Both the position numbers and the translations under genes were made by a program. Below are positions 36,739-48,336 of a stretch of DNA of 64,000 nucleotides, in pieces. The DNA lies in NCBI GenBank assembly GCA_019828565.1, contig JAHDYR010000011.1, forward strand, positions 71,072-135,071. Reading direction: 5' to 3'. Source of the stretch: Carpediemonas membranifera BICM (lineage: Eukaryota > Protista > Fornicata). Every line of letters begins with the position of its first letter. Position 1 is the stretch's first letter. The notes under the pieces were generated by a model. That model was not told the origin of the DNA. It saw only the letters and a list, made by a program, of their open reading frames with translations, and did no database searches.

Positions 36739-37368
36739 TTATTGGTGGTGCTCGGCCCAACGGGCCTTGCACTGGGAGACATAGTCCGACCAGACGGTCT
36801 GGTTGTCCGCCCAGATGGACCAGAATACCCGGTCACGGATGGCGCCCACGAGGGCCGGCCTGCGAATCGCGGCACAGAGGCGGGCGACCCAGCACTCGGT
36901 CAGACGGGACTCAGTCTCGCCCAGAACCGTGCAGGCAGCAGGCACGAAGGTGACCTGCCAGTTGCGGTACTCGCGGAGCTTCTCTAGCTCAGCCTCCCGC
37001 GGGTGCAGGCTGACCACGAAGTCGACATAGACTTCCTCGTGGACACGGTTCCCGACCACGTCTCTCTCGCCTGCCACCATGAGGTCGGCCACCTTGCGTC
37101 TGGGCGCTTCGGTATCGGCCTGCTGGTAGCGGGGGTGACGAGAGGTGAGCGCGACCTCGGCCTGGCAACGGGCCATGGGTCGACCTCTAACGTCGTCGTC
37201 GGTCAACACGGCGCTCACAGCGTCTCTAACATGGTTGTGACGCTCGGTGTGGGCGGTTCCCTTGGTGTGTGGGCACGAGAGGGCATGCTGCCAGGTGCAG
37301 CGCTGGGCCTGACACAGGGGGCAAGTCTCGGGCCACTCTTCGAACGGGGCGACATCCAGGTGTGCCCT
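36739..37368 (-). mobile_element. CRE-like unit 6, 3' RLE end (interrupted by the 12-kb DNA transposon)
   Basis: Matches unit 2 at ~6190..6818. Continues at 49498. Confidence 0.9.
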
Positions 37369-37416
37369 CATACTGTTAGAATGGCCAGTTAATCCGGGGA
37401 TATACGGAGGATAAAC
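37369..37416 (+). repeat. Left TIR, 48 bp
   Basis: catactgttagaatggccagttaatccggggatatacggaggataaac. Confidence 0.97.
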
Positions 37417-38444
37417 GCAAATTCCTTATTCGTGCTTCAGGGCGTTCGAAGCAGCTGAAATGATAGATGCGAGTGCATTAATGACATATCCATGCTTGAT
37501 GTAACATGTGCGAGATTGGTGGTCGAGCAAATTGCCTCTCGCATTTTAAGGTCGAAGGCAAAAGTGGTCGTACGACCAAGTGGCCTTGTCAGCAAAGTCT
37601 GTGTGTTCTAAAGAGTATCCTCTGTTGTTTTTATGCGTCAACTCCTTCTCAGTCGCCGGGAACTAATGACTGAATCAACCAATCAAAAGAATGAAGCTGT
37701 CCCCCAGAAAGCAGGCCATACTACGGTGGTATATAGTCAGTATACATCATCGGAGTATGTTCGGTTTTCTGGGGGACAGATTCAATCTTCTGTATCTCAA
37801 AATTTGCAATTTTTTTATCGGCGATAAGATGGAATCAGAAGACTTGGCTCAGAGCTCAAGTGCACTTAGCTCCATAGAGCTGAGATCGGCAATTGGCATG
37901 ATCCACCGCCGCAGAAGGTGCCCAAAGAGGCGCTGACGTTGAGCGGTCGATCATGGCCGTTTAACACATCAACGGGGGCCTCATCCCATGCAGTATCCAT
38001 AACTTTTTACCATTTTCTTCTAGCTGCACTGGTTGGCAAATGAGCATTTTGTGTCGCCTTCATCATGGCAATATTCGAGATCAAATCCAGATTTGCTTTT
38101 TTTGTGCACAAGGAGCACAACAGCAAATTCGCAAGTAATGCAGATGAAAATCAGATGAATCTTAATCAGGCACTCTCATACACACACTGCTTTAGTTTCG
38201 GAGCCAACGTCCATAAACTGAAGGAGTTCTGAACATTGTTTCACCAATTGTGTGAAACTGGTGAAATTGTGAAATAGTGTTGAAACGGCCAGAGAAGAAG
38301 AAGGAACCCCGGCAGCGCAGTTGTAGCTGCTCTTATAGAGCTATAGCAACAGCCAAATTGTCTGATTTATCTCACAGACCGTTGCGCATGTACCTGCCTA
38401 GTTTTTGTACAAAAATCTTGTTTTTTTTAAACTCTACAGAAATC

Positions 38445-40987
38445 ATGGTTGCTCATATTGTGTTCGAGAGCCACATCGGTACAATATATGATGACCAGCC
38501 ACGCTCAGTTGAGCGCATGAATTACCTTCTTGGCTGTACCTACTTCGCCATGGTCGGAATTGGCCTCAACTCCGCCAGAACAAGACCTCAGCGCGAGCAA
38601 TTCTGCCAGCTCGTCCGCGAGATGGAGGAGGCGGACCTGATCTCCCAGCGCATTCACGACGCAAGGTTCTTCCGCCCTCCAGCAGACTCCCGTCCCTTCC
38701 AACGTGCCGCAACCGCACACGGAAATCAACACCCTCCTCACCCCTGTCTTCGTACGGGACGATTACCGCACCCACGCCATCCAGGAGCGTGCTGTGCAGG
38801 ACTACAACGACTCAGAGGAGCGCTCCGCCAACTTTTCTGAGATCATGGAGCTCACATCGATCCTGATGTACGTCCGCAATGGCTTCAACTCGACCCAAGA
38901 GCTCTTTAAGCTCATCAACAACATCTCCCGCCGGCTTGGAAAGCCGATCTCGAAGAACAAGACCGCGGAGGTGCTCATTAAGGACCTTGGCATTGACATG
39001 ACCAGAATATCTGGTGTCTCAGAGGCCCTCACTGAGGAGGAGCGCGCCTTCGTCAAGCATCTCGTGCCGTGCAGGTCGGTCTCAGGCAATACAACATGGC
39101 GGCGTACCATGTCCGGCACGCAGTCGCGACTTGAGCTCACGAACCGTTTGACTGTAGCCGACGGAGCCGAGCCGACTCCGTTTTTCGACCACGACCTCGT
39201 CGCCGACCACACTTGGGAGCGACCGACGCTCACCCTCCACTATGACAGCGAATCCGACGCTGTCCAGCACTACCAGTCCCTCAAAGGCAGTGTAGGTATC
39301 GCCCATTTGGGCAAGCGACTGAACAGCTCGACCTGGGACAAGGTGGAAACGGTGTGGTTCGATGGCGTGTACTATCTGCAGCAGGCAGTGCTTCACCCGG
39401 AGTGGCTCGAGTCTGACCAGACGAACTTCGAGCGTTGCTCTCGTGCCCTTCAGGACCCAGGCCATGTCGAGTTCCAACCACTAAAACTACTCCTGTGGCT
39501 CGACGCATGGAAGGGACATACCGCAACGTTCAAGATCCGCATCTACGACCCGTCAGGCTTCACGTTCCCTAACCGCATCACTCCCCCCTTCCGACTCGTT
39601 GAGTGTCTTGCCGGTGAGAAGGAGCTGACGGAGGAGGGAAAACCTTCAACTCGTTGAGGAAGAAGTCGAGCGGATCTATCAAGCCCTCATACCGATCAGA
39701 GGAACTGACCAGGTCACCACCTTCGACCAAGTCATCGTCATGGGCGATCACGCGGCCATCAGGAAGCTGTCATCCGGCATCGAGGGTAATGGAGGGCACT
39801 ATCCCCAGCCCTTCAACAGCATCCGTCGAGACCACAAGGCGCTGCACCCCATTCCGGCGCACTCTCGGGTCACCTTGCATGATTTGCTCGAGCAGAAGGC
39901 AGCGTTCCACGCCGTGCAGGCCGACCCCGACCGTGTGCAGGACCCGAAAGAGGAGTATGGCAACTTCTCCGACAAGAGGGCCATCTTCGAGAACCGGCCA
40001 GAGCCCCGAGTCATCCACACGGAGCGAGTTGTCTTTTTGTCCTCCGATCATGCACAACTCGCACCGCCTGCTCGAGCAAGTGGCACGGCTATGCGCCAGC
40101 TTCCCCGCTGATCGGAACGCAACTGCCGTAGACAAGCGCAAGCTCCAGCGCATGTCATCCAACCGCAGTATTGACCGCACTGTCGGGTGCAACGAGCAGT
40201 CTGCTGCCAGAGTTCGCATGGCGAACACCACGAACGAGGATTACGAGGCTCTTCCTGAGTCCGTCCAAGATATTGTGCGACTCATTGGCTATCTCCAGGC
40301 TCTTTACTACTCAACCGAGCCTGTCACCGACAGCAAAGTCGCATTCCACTTCTTGGCCGCGTCCATGTGCCACCTGTTCCACGTCATGCTCAGTCTGCAG
40401 GCACACCAGACAAAGCTGGCGTTGCTCCCTCCTGGGCAAGCAGACAAGGCGGAGAAGCCATGTGCCCAGACACTCTATGTCAACAGCAGGCTCACTGCCC
40501 AGCCTCTTCTTCACGATCATCTCCGAATTCCTCTTTTTTTACCTCCTCGAGGAGTTCTTTTGAGAGAGAGTTCATCAAGAACCAGGAGGTCCGAGCCGAG
40601 TTGCACAGGTCGGCCATGATCGAGAAGCTGTGTTTGACCGAGCAGACCACCCTCATCTGCACGTTCTTAACGGGTATTCGCTCGTTCGGTCGCCAGGACT
40701 ACTCAGTCCCCCCGCTGAACAGGCTTCGTCGTGTCCGAGTCCACCAATGCTGCAGACAAGCTCGCTCATGGTTCGCCATTCGCAGCCACATGGAGGCAAG
40801 GCACCAATTCCATGCCACGGCGGCGGTGGTGCGCCTCTTCCAGGAGCTCGTTGACGAGATGTGGCAGTACGTCAACGATTATACGGCTTTGGCATGGGAC
40901 GAAGAGTCTGGGGTGATGGTTTGCGAGTTGGCAGACATGGGTGAGGAGCTTGTTTGCTGCATTTGCGGTCATGCACGCGCTGAGTAG
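38445..40987 (+). CDS. Putative DDE transposase (CMC/Transib-like), split by ~5 single-base indels, mostly in homopolymers
   Basis: LLWLDAW (D), VMGDHAAI (D), PPIMHN, LYVNS, LLEEFFEREF (E) occur in the order expected for RAG1/Transib/CMC cores. Confidence 0.6.
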
Positions 40988-41112
40988 TGAGTAAAGGAGT
41001 TTTATTGGTCAGTACATCCCATTTGGTGTGTTTTCCCCCAACTACCAATATTTTTTTTCAACATTGGTAGTTTCACAATTTTCACATTACGTCACTTGTT
41101 TGGTGAAAAACA

Positions 41113-42038
41113 ATGGAAACGCCACTTCCGACATGGCTGACGATGAATTTATCGCAACACAAGGCCTATATTCAATATGTCAAGCTTTCAGACAAGTCTG
41201 AGCTCTTGCCGTCTGTCAGGGCCTTCTTCAACAGAGATCTGGCGACTTCGAACCTCGACTGTCTGAACTACTCATTCGTCATGTATGTCAGACCCACTAC
41301 ACTTCTTGTTAACACAGTCTCATCGCAATTCGTGGGGTTGAGATGGACAACATCAAGGCTGCATGCCTTCTCTTCCGCGAGTCGTACAGGGAGGGGCAGA
41401 CCCTGAGCGGACAACTGCACCAGGAGCGGTTTGTCATCGGCTTACGGACAGCCGTCTCCTGCAGAGGTCTTGGGTTCGCGAGGGTGCTTCTTAGCATAGC
41501 ATCTGCCGAAGAACTCGTCCGACTGCAGTGCGACAAGCGACTCCAGGACATGTATGCGTCCTTTGGCCTCAAGGAGTCATCGGACCCGTCGCAGGTCGAG
41601 CAGCTGGTGGACACGGGGGGCAACCCACTTGCCATTGTCACGATGGAGGGCACGATGGGTCCCAACAAGTGGACCAACCTCGGCAAGAGCCTGACAGAGT
41701 GCTGTGGGATGATAATGCAAGGCTCTACGTTGATCCGCGTGACCAACCATGGTAATAGACTTGATCAGCACGCTCATGGGATGCCTGCTTCCGACAAGAG
41801 GAGTGTTGACTCGTTCGTGGAACGCACCCGTGTGTCCGTGCGCCGTGAACGTGCGGCAAAACGGCCTAACGTCACCCGAATCAGGCAGAAGTTGATGATT
41901 ATCCGCCATTACAACCTTCGTTCTTTCACGCTGGTCAAAGAGATCAAGGAAACGAGGACCGAGATGCGTAAGGAGAAGAAAGCCAACTTCTGGGACAGTG
42001 AATGGAATATTTCCGTTGAGGATGACGAAGAAGTGTAA
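41113..42038 (+). CDS. Hypothetical cargo protein, two exons (intron 41283..41317)
   Basis: Removing GTATGT..AACACAG (35 nt) joins ORF 41113 in frame to ORF 41343..42038. Confidence 0.75.
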
Positions 42039-42062
42039 ATGAAATGAAAATAAAACAAGAAT

Positions 42063-42824
42063 TTATAGCTCCTGTGCCGAACACTCTAAGTAGTAATTCA
42101 TGATGGCTTGGTATACCTTGCGACGCAGCACATCACGCGATTCAGCCTCAGCACGTTCCGCATTCCGCTTGGCAATGACAGAAGTGAGCTGACTGAGTGT
42201 CTTAGCCTCCTTCTTCAGAACTCTGGTGGGTCTGGCGAAGATGAGATCCGCGTCGCGGTCACGGCAAGGCTTGCTCAGGACGAGCTTGACGTCATCGACC
42301 GTCACACCGCACGATGAAGCAGCGAAGGCATGGACCTTAGCCCGGTAGGCGATGGGAATGCGGTGAAAGGCATCATCCATCTCGCGGACAGTCGCGATGA
42401 GTGGGTCGTCCGTGTCCAGCTCATCTGTCTGGGCGTCAAGACTGAGGAGAGCCTTGAAGCGGTGACGCTTGTCCTCATCACCGCCTCCCTGCCACTTGCG
42501 GCTGATCTCTTCGACCGACTGGAGATTGCCGTAGAGCTTGTCCTTCTTCAAGGAGGCTACTTTCATCTTAGGGACCTCGGCGGCAAACTTCTGGCTGAAG
42601 TCGACAACCCATCCGTTTGCGCGGGTAATATCGTCATTATTAAGGAGGAAATTGCTGATAAAGGTCTGAACGATCTCGATGGGCGTCTTGTGAGCTTTTC
42701 GGGCTGTTTTCGTGGACTTGTTGGACTTGCTCTGGCTCTTTTGCTGCGCTTTCTTGCCAAGAGCCATTCTCCTCTCCTTTTGAGCTTCAGTGGCCTGTAT
42801 ATTGCCTTGTTTACTTCTTGCCAT
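42063..42824 (-). CDS. Hypothetical basic, helical cargo protein (253 aa)
   Basis: Clean ATG ORF with a Lys-rich N-terminus, convergent with its neighbour across an AT-rich gap. Confidence 0.7.
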   Translation of the reverse strand: MARSKQGNIQATEAQKERRMALGKKAQQKSQSKSNKSTKTARKAHKTPIEIVQTFISNFLLNNDDITRANGWVVDFSQKFAAEVPKMKVASLKKDKLYGNLQSVEEISRKWQGGGDEDKRHRFKALLSLDAQTDELDTDDPLIATVREMDDAFHRIPIAYRAKVHAFAASSCGVTVDDVKLVLSKPCRDRDADLIFARPTRVLKKEAKTLSQLTSVIAKRNAERAEAESRDVLRRKVYQAIMNYYLECSAQEL

Positions 42825-43505
42825 CGTTGTTTCCTTAAAATGCGTGTGAAAATGTGAAATGAACTGTGACTCTCGACATTGCTGCGCAGCTATGGTATTC
42901 CAACGGCACAGAACGGGTTTATAGCATGCATATGATCCATTCTGGTGCCTTTATCCTCTATAACCAACATCAGTCCATCAAAATGAATCTTGCAACAGAA
43001 TACTCATCCACACGCATCGAGAACGAAAAAGAAGCATATAACCAACATCAACAACCTAATAGAAGGCTGCATGCAAGCGTAGAGCTCTCCTAGTCAATTC
43101 TTCATTTTCACCACCATCGATCTCCACGTCAGGATGAAACCGTGCGCCCAAAAGCTCAGAGATGCCGTTATAGATGATATAACGACGTCTCTGAGCTTTT
43201 CAGCGATTTCAGTTTCTGGCCATGGATAAGCTACAAATCCTGTCAATGTTGTCCTCAGAGGACACTGAAAAATTTAATCTGTGTCCTCTGAGGACCAAAT
43301 TGACAAAATCGAAAATGGAGCGAGGAGATGTCCATCGAAAAACGGCCAAAACAGCGCAGGTGCAGAATGAGCTGAAAATCGGCCAAGGGGTAGCTCTTGG
43401 GTCTTTATGGCTGATCGGAGGTATTTACATGACAGCTGGCAATATTTATTGAGATAAAACGTATTTCATTTTTTTCGAGAAAGTCTTCTGAGGACCAAAT
43501 TGACA

Positions 43506-45681
43506 ATGGTTAACGAAGACATCATCTCTCTCGGCAAACTGAAGGAGACAATGCTTGCTCCTGACGATTCTGGTATGTCACTTTCATTTTCACGGTCCTA
43601 TTTACACAGATGATTCATTCCGTGCATACGACGCCCTTTCGTCCACAAAGAGCCGTATAACCTGGCTGCAAGATCACGGCATCGTCTCTGATGACCCTCT
43701 GTTCTTCGTTTGCGTCCGTCTGATCAGCATTCGTACGATCAACGTTGTTTTCGGGTTCCCGTTGAAGCGCACTTTAAGCCAGCACGTTCACGACTATGGA
43801 GTTGCCAAACTACGCGCGATATGTGACGCAACTAACCGCAACTACCTCTGCGAGGTCGACTTTGACTCTCCCGACACAATTGAGGCATTCCGACGGAAGT
43901 TTTGTGACCACTTCACCGCCAAATCTGTTCATAAGGCTCTAGTCGGCGTCTACTCGCTCCCTGTTGAGAAGCAGGTTGAGATTTACCGCGCATTCCACCT
44001 TGTGTTGCGCCACAAGGACTCGAAGAAACTCGATTCTCGTGTTCCGGCAGGCCAATTTGGCCAGTTTATCGCCCACGCCCAGCTCAGCAAGAAGCTGTCC
44101 TTCGCTGGCTCAGAGAAGCTGGCCGAGGAGTTGGCTAAGATCGGTTCGCTCGATCCGTCAGCTCCTCTGAAGAGGAAGATCGCTCGTCTTGAGAAGGAGC
44201 TCGCCTCATCGACTGCTGCTCTGATGAAGGTCCAAGAGGAGTTAGTCCGGGCCCAGGACCACTCAGCAGCAGCCACCAAGCCTTCTGCCGTCGTTGCTGC
44301 CCCTCAGCCGCTTCCGGTTGTCGACGCAGAGTCCACGACACACGATGAATTTTCCGACACTGACGAGTCCGAGTCTGATGACCACTCTGAACCGGCCGCC
44401 ATGCAGGGTGACGGCGTTCCTTTGCCCCAGACTGATCAAGACATCGACGTAGAGTCTGATGTGGACGACACAGACACCGTTGGTTCTCTCCTTCAGCAGC
44501 TAGACGACACCATTGCAGGCCTTGATGATGTCCCTGAGTCTGTGCGCTTGTTGGAGCAGTACGAGCCCTTGATAAAACGGCTTGCTGAGGAGAGGGAGGC
44601 GAGGGAGGCGCTTGAACAGGCTAACAGAGAGTCTGAGGAGTCCCAGAAGAGACTTGAAGCTGAGTTAGGTCAGCAGAAGGCCGAGGATCAGGCGATCCAT
44701 CAGTTTACTCAAGCAGAGTTGGCACGCGCGAGTGAGGCTGGGCTTGAAGCGCTCGCCGATGAACTCGAGGACAACTGGGCTGAGCTTGTCAGGCGCGCCG
44801 AGGAGGCAACAGTGGAGCTTGACCGCTACGTTCCTCTCGCTGCCTTGATGGTACTGTTCCAGAGGAACAATGTGACTGGAGCCTTATGGACTCGGATCAA
44901 TAGCACCATGATGAGGTACGGGGGCCAGAAGTTCATAACGGTCCCACCTCTCGACCTCGGTCTGTCGCCAGAGATGAAGGCTATCATCAAACAGCACTCT
45001 CCGACGCCTGCCAATGTTCCCCCTATGCAGATATACTTACGGAGCGACGTTGATAGGCAGAAGTACATCGACGTGGAGTACGACAAGGTAGGCGAGCGAG
45101 TTCTCAAAGATCGTAAGAGTTGGCGGAAGATTGCAGTCAACCCGGATGGATTGTGCATCGGCTACTGCCTGCAGAAGGTTGAGAATGGCGAGTTCGACAA
45201 GAAGTTTGCGGCAGAGGAAGTGGCAGCAGTGAGGGAGGAGGTGCGCGCCTGGGGATTCTCCGATGCTGGCGAGAGGCTGAGGCTTGAGACGTCTAACGTG
45301 TTCGTGCCCACCCTGATGTTCGACGATGCCACTGATTGGTACAGCAACTTTGGTGTCATGGCCTGGTCAGCTCTGAAGAGCAAGACTGTAGTCGTTATCT
45401 GGGTCAAGATGTTGACGTACCATGACAAGTATATTGTGCGGATGCATTTGACGGAAGTTTATGAGTCCGGCATGGTCCGGCGTGGATCTGATGAAGATGT
45501 GGCTGCGGCGCAAGCTATTGTGGTCGTCAAGGATGAGCATGCGACGCTATTTGTCCGCAAACGTTCAAAGGGTGGTAAGAGAAAGGCTCATACGACTTAT
45601 ATCAAGCGCAAGGCAGTCGATAAGGATCGCGAAAAGAGAGTTGTTGATGCCGAGGACGTTAAGCGTGGAGTTCCCGAGTAA
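43506..45681 (+). CDS. Coiled-coil/acidic protein with C-terminal OTU-like cysteine protease domain (intron 43573..43609)
   Basis: RKIAVNPDGLCIGYC resembles the OTU DGxC motif; distal VVKDEHATL supplies a His. The 37-nt GTATGT..ACACAG intron restores the frame from ATG 43506. Confidence 0.65.
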
Positions 45682-45708
45682 AAAAAGAGATGTTTTGACA
45701 TTTTTAAT

Positions 45709-46518
45709 TCATTTCTTCCGCTTCTTGAGTGCCGGATACTGCTCCAGGAACCTTGTGAGATAGTTTGGATGAGAAATGGGCAGACTCGGGAACCTAGCAA
45801 TGGTTAAGACCTCACCCGCATCAAAGAAGATCTCGCCGTAACTGATACGAAGAAACTCTTCGGCCTGAATGACGTTCGTCGACTCAACCGCAAGGACTGG
45901 AAGGTCCTTGAGCAAACGGTTGGTGAACTGGCAGTTGGTGTCACTCTCACTGTGGTTGATGAGGTGTACACCAATGCCTTCACCTTCGCCGGCGTCGACG
46001 TGAAGGTTGCTAGCGTCGAATGAAATGCTGTGTAAAGGCATAATGAACAATGAACAAACACCATGTTGCTGTTATTCGCGTGGTAGTCCTCGTCGGACAC
46101 AATCCTACCGGCGTAAATGCCGAGGAGCTTTCCGGGCTCAATTGCGGCAGTTGCAATGAGGCCTCTACCCACGTCCGTGTGGTCGGAAGCCAGACAAGGC
46201 TGCACCTCAACGGCAATGGAGGGGTGGGTCAGCCGGGTGGATAACCAACTCGGGGGGTTCGAGGGGAGGAAGGTCCTTCTCGGCCTCCTTAAGCTCCCTG
46301 ATCGACTCCTCGGGAGTGTTTGGGTAGATCGCGGCGACCAGATCCGGATGCAGTGCCTGAGTATGCACAACGGATTCAATGATGGAATCTTCGCTTGAGG
46401 AATCCTCCTGAGAATCATTTGAAGGCGCAGACGGCGGCGTCTTGCCCGCAGTGGACGTAATGGGTATTCTGATACCCCCAGGCTGCGGCTTTGGTGGGAG
46501 CGCCTTTCTTCTCGCCAT
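45709..46518 (-). CDS. SET-domain lysine methyltransferase (intron 46028..46059; one homopolymer indel at ~46225)
   Basis: GRGLIATAAIEPG, GIYAGRI, VDA, LINHS, EEFLRISYG. Confidence 0.88.
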
Positions 46519-46631
46519 CTGATTTTTTTTTGCAAACGGACACGCGGTATTTCTCGGGATTGATGGGGCCGTCTCACACCGTAAAGGACACACATACAAT
46601 ATCTTATCTGTAACACCAGAATGCTTGCTTA

Positions 46632-47729
46632 TTGTGGTCCATATCCTTCCCTATAGCTGGTTCGGCCAACTACCAGTGTTGGAAAAAAAGTGGTAGTTGC
46701 CAAATGGAGAGGAAATTTGGCAAATTCGGTACCAGACGCATCAGCGACCATCCTCTCACGTATGAATGCGTCTGTGGAATCACTAGGCCGCGTTCTGACC
46801 TTCGCAACCAGGGCCTGAAGGAATATGACGGAATCAGGTACACGCATGACTGCCCCTTCACCCTGAGCAAGCTTGTGAACCGCCGCATCGTTATCCTGCT
46901 CGAGCCAGTCCATGGCTTCGAAGCACCTACTTGTGCGAACCCGGTCTTCACTGTCACCGGGCTTGCTGGCTCCGAGGGGTACCACAAGCGCATGAAGGCC
47001 ATCCTCGATCTCGTCAGCGACGAGTGGCTCACCACGGTTGCCGTCAGTTTCGTCTCGACGACCCACCTCGGCTCCATACTGCAACAGTTGGCTGCAGAAT
47101 TCGCCAATTTCGAGACATTCTGGGTTGTTTCTGGCCACAGCGAGACCACAACGTCGAGAATGATCGTTAATGCGAGCGCTAACGAGTTCCTGTACCTTCA
47201 CGATATCGTACAGATGATCCTCTTCGCTTTCCGTGAGCCATCCCTCGTCACCACCAGCCGGGTTCGGCTCATCTACTTCGCCACCTGTACCGGAGCGGAC
47301 AATAGCGAGTTCTCTCTGCTTAAGCAGTCCATTTCGACCCAGGCATACGAGCATACGTGCATCATTCTCACTCCGGAGAAAATGCTTGCCAACGAACTCG
47401 TCCTGCAGGACTGCTTTTGGCTCTACCGCACTACATGCATGGACAACCCGCTCCACTTCGTCTCGCGTTACTTCTCCGGCTATGGGCTCGCACCTGGCAC
47501 AGCAGGGAGACGGGTTATCGCGAATGGATCAATGTCCATAACCCCGGGCGCGATTGAGATCCTCACAGCCACTCAGTTCCGCACGCCAATCCCTCTTCCC
47601 GAGATGGTCGACCTTGTTTCTGAGGTACTTGCATATAGACCACTGCAGAGATCTCCGGCGGATGTTATGGCCTCGCGCTACATTACTGAGATGACAGTTG
47701 CGCACAGAGCGGCACTGGAAGACACTTAA
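46632..47729 (+). CDS. Protein with Cys-rich N-terminus and possible caspase/CHAT-like His-Cys protease fold
   Basis: FWVVSGHS and LIYFATC, each after a hydrophobic strand. N-terminal ECVCG...HDCPF. Confidence 0.5.
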   Translation: MWSISFPIAGSANYQCWKKSGSCQMERKFGKFGTRRISDHPLTYECVCGITRPRSDLRNQGLKEYDGIRYTHDCPFTLSKLVNRRIVILLEPVHGFEAPTCANPVFTVTGLAGSEGYHKRMKAILDLVSDEWLTTVAVSFVSTTHLGSILQQLAAEFANFETFWVVSGHSETTTSRMIVNASANEFLYLHDIVQMILFAFREPSLVTTSRVRLIYFATCTGADNSEFSLLKQSISTQAYEHTCIILTPEKMLANELVLQDCFWLYRTTCMDNPLHFVSRYFSGYGLAPGTAGRRVIANGSMSITPGAIEILTATQFRTPIPLPEMVDLVSEVLAYRPLQRSPADVMASRYITEMTVAHRAALEDT

Positions 47730-47753
47730 AGTTCAAAAATCTCCCTATTTAAC

Positions 47754-48329
47754 TTACTCAATTGGCTTCATATCCGCCACCTTCTGGTAGACAGTCATAC
47801 ACTGGTCGCAGAACCTGACACGATAGTCCTGGCCGTCGAGATGGAACTCAGCATAGCTGAAGTGTTTCTCTTCGCAGAACCAGTTTAGGCACGCCCGGCA
47901 GACGCCAGTGTCCTTTGTCGACTTGTCTCCGTCCTTGATACACGCGTGACATCTGTTAGACCTTCCTGCCAGACTGCAAGCTGCGCAAACCTTTCTGTTC
48001 TTACCATCAATCCTCTTCTCTCTGACACACTGAAGATGCATGAACTGATGGCAGAGATAGCACGTTTCATACTCGTTTCTTTTCATGTTTGGGTTGAAGT
48101 ACCATTCAGGTGAGGCACAAACAGCGCATGCGAACAGTAACTTACGCTGATATAGCTTCAGAAACGTCGCTTGCTTGAGGGCGGGGACCTTATCGTTCAT
48201 TTCAACGGCCTTGGGTGACTGCTTGAGGAGATCAGTGACAGTTGTGGAGAGTGAAGCCGTCACCATCGCGGCAACCTCCTTCAAGTCAGCCTCTTCGAGC
48301 CTCGATCGCTTCTGAGCAGGCTCATGCAT
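47754..48329 (-). CDS. PHD-finger protein with a second Cys-rich zinc finger
   Basis: CAVC..CYLCHQFMHLQC..CAAC fits C4HC3, followed by CHAC..CRAC..C..H..CDQC. Confidence 0.8.
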   Translation of the reverse strand: MHEPAQKRSRLEEADLKEVAAMVTASLSTTVTDLLKQSPKAVEMNDKVPALKQATFLKLYQRKLLFACAVCASPEWYFNPNMKRNEYETCYLCHQFMHLQCVREKRIDGKNRKVCAACSLAGRSNRCHACIKDGDKSTKDTGVCRACLNWFCEEKHFSYAEFHLDGQDYRVRFCDQCMTVYQKVADMKPIE

Positions 48330-48336
48330 CTGCGCA

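Noticed and set aside
37633-37936. Short ORFs in the left arm of the DNA transposon
   Set aside because: Short, AT-rich, with no motifs or convincing splice support.
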